A stretch of DNA of 59,959 nucleotides, filler included, from Nitrospirae bacterium CG2_30_53_67 (GTDB taxonomy: Bacteria > CG2-30-53-67), in the NCBI GenBank assembly GCA_001873285.1. It is 3 parts of 3 records of this genome, joined end to end, with 100 filler letters (N's around TTAATTAATTAA, not from the genome) between each part and the next. Parts side by side here need not be neighbours in the genome. Positions count along the whole stretch, not along the records: positions 44,945 to 59,959 come from MNYV01000036.1; 2 more parts are not named here. One strand, written 5' to 3'. How positions within the stretch are numbered: position 1 is the stretch's first letter; the number at the start of each line of letters is the position of its first letter. Below the pieces are notes generated by a model. That model was given only the letters and a program-made list of their open reading frames with translations. It had not been told where the DNA came from and did no database searches. Shown here piece after piece: positions 59,603-59,959 of the stretch. The position numbers and the translations under genes were made by a program.

Positions 59603-59959
59603 TCAAAACAATTTATTTTGACTTGAATGTATTTTTATTCTTTGATTGGAAAGTGCCACATACTCGGGTTCGATGTCATACCCTATATAATGCCTTGCAT
59701 CCTTCAAGGCCGCAAGGCAGGCGGTTCCGCTGCCGCAAAACGGGTCCAGGACCACGTCTCCCTTGAAGGAATATAGCTGAATCAGACGGTGGGGCAGTTC
59801 TTCCGGAAAGGGCGCCGGGTGCCCGATACTGCGGGCCGAGACCGCCGGAAAGTTCCAAACGCTTTTTGTCCATTCAAGAAAATCTTCTCTGGATATGGTA
59901 TTTTCTTTCTTTCCCCGTTTCCTTGAGAAAGACTCTTTTGAGAACACAAGAATATATTC
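59603..59959 (-). CDS. N4/N6 DNA methyltransferase C-terminus (partial)
   Basis: [24 protein letters not shown]. Confidence 0.9.
   Translation of the reverse strand, partial: EYILVFSKESFSRKRGKKENTISREDFLEWTKSVWNFPAVSARSIGHPAPFPEELPHRLIQLYSFKGDVVLDPFCGSGTACLAALKDARHYIGYDIEPEYVALSNQRIKIHSSQNKLF

Overview
Bacterial DNA whose gene content resembles Nitrospirota/Desulfobacterota (inference). It is three contigs joined by artificial 100-nt N-TTAATTAATTAA-N linkers at 14570-14669 and 44845-44944, so adjacency across these linkers is not biological. Contig 1 has a housekeeping run (hisC'-tyrA-aroA-cmk-ispH-rpsA-sppA), FmdE, an ABC-2 exporter, a redoxin, DJ-1, DUF2784 and a 5'-truncated AAA/DUF4143 ATPase. 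Contig 2 has a KamA plus two Ddl-like ATP-grasp operon, bioB-bioF-SDR behind a BirA-type operator, mtaB, a Cys-rich sensor kinase and lepA-lepB. It also has a SynChlorMet-type radical-SAM RiPP cluster (B12 rSAM, tandem PqqD/RRE, two rSAM/SPASM enzymes, HPr-kinase-like protein, candidate 69-aa CxxG-repeat precursor, S24/S26 peptidase) and a sigma54-driven pilY1/minor-pilin locus interrupted by a BrnTA integron-type cassette with a canonical attC. Contig 3 has an IS1380 end, a MinD-like ATPase and J/HTH pair, TIGR02757, eno and a degenerate GAF-GGDEF-GAF-HD-GYP gene. It then has two tandem candidate selenoprotein genes with GGUC-loop SECIS-like hairpins, divergent from a LysR and a TIGR04283-like transferase, followed by lon, galU, YdcF and a partial DNA methyltransferase. 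Intergenic DNA is rich in MITE/REP-like palindromic elements, some nested and one inserted in-frame in mtaB. No rRNA, tRNA or CRISPR array was seen. Family assignments come from motif recognition by eye, not database searches.
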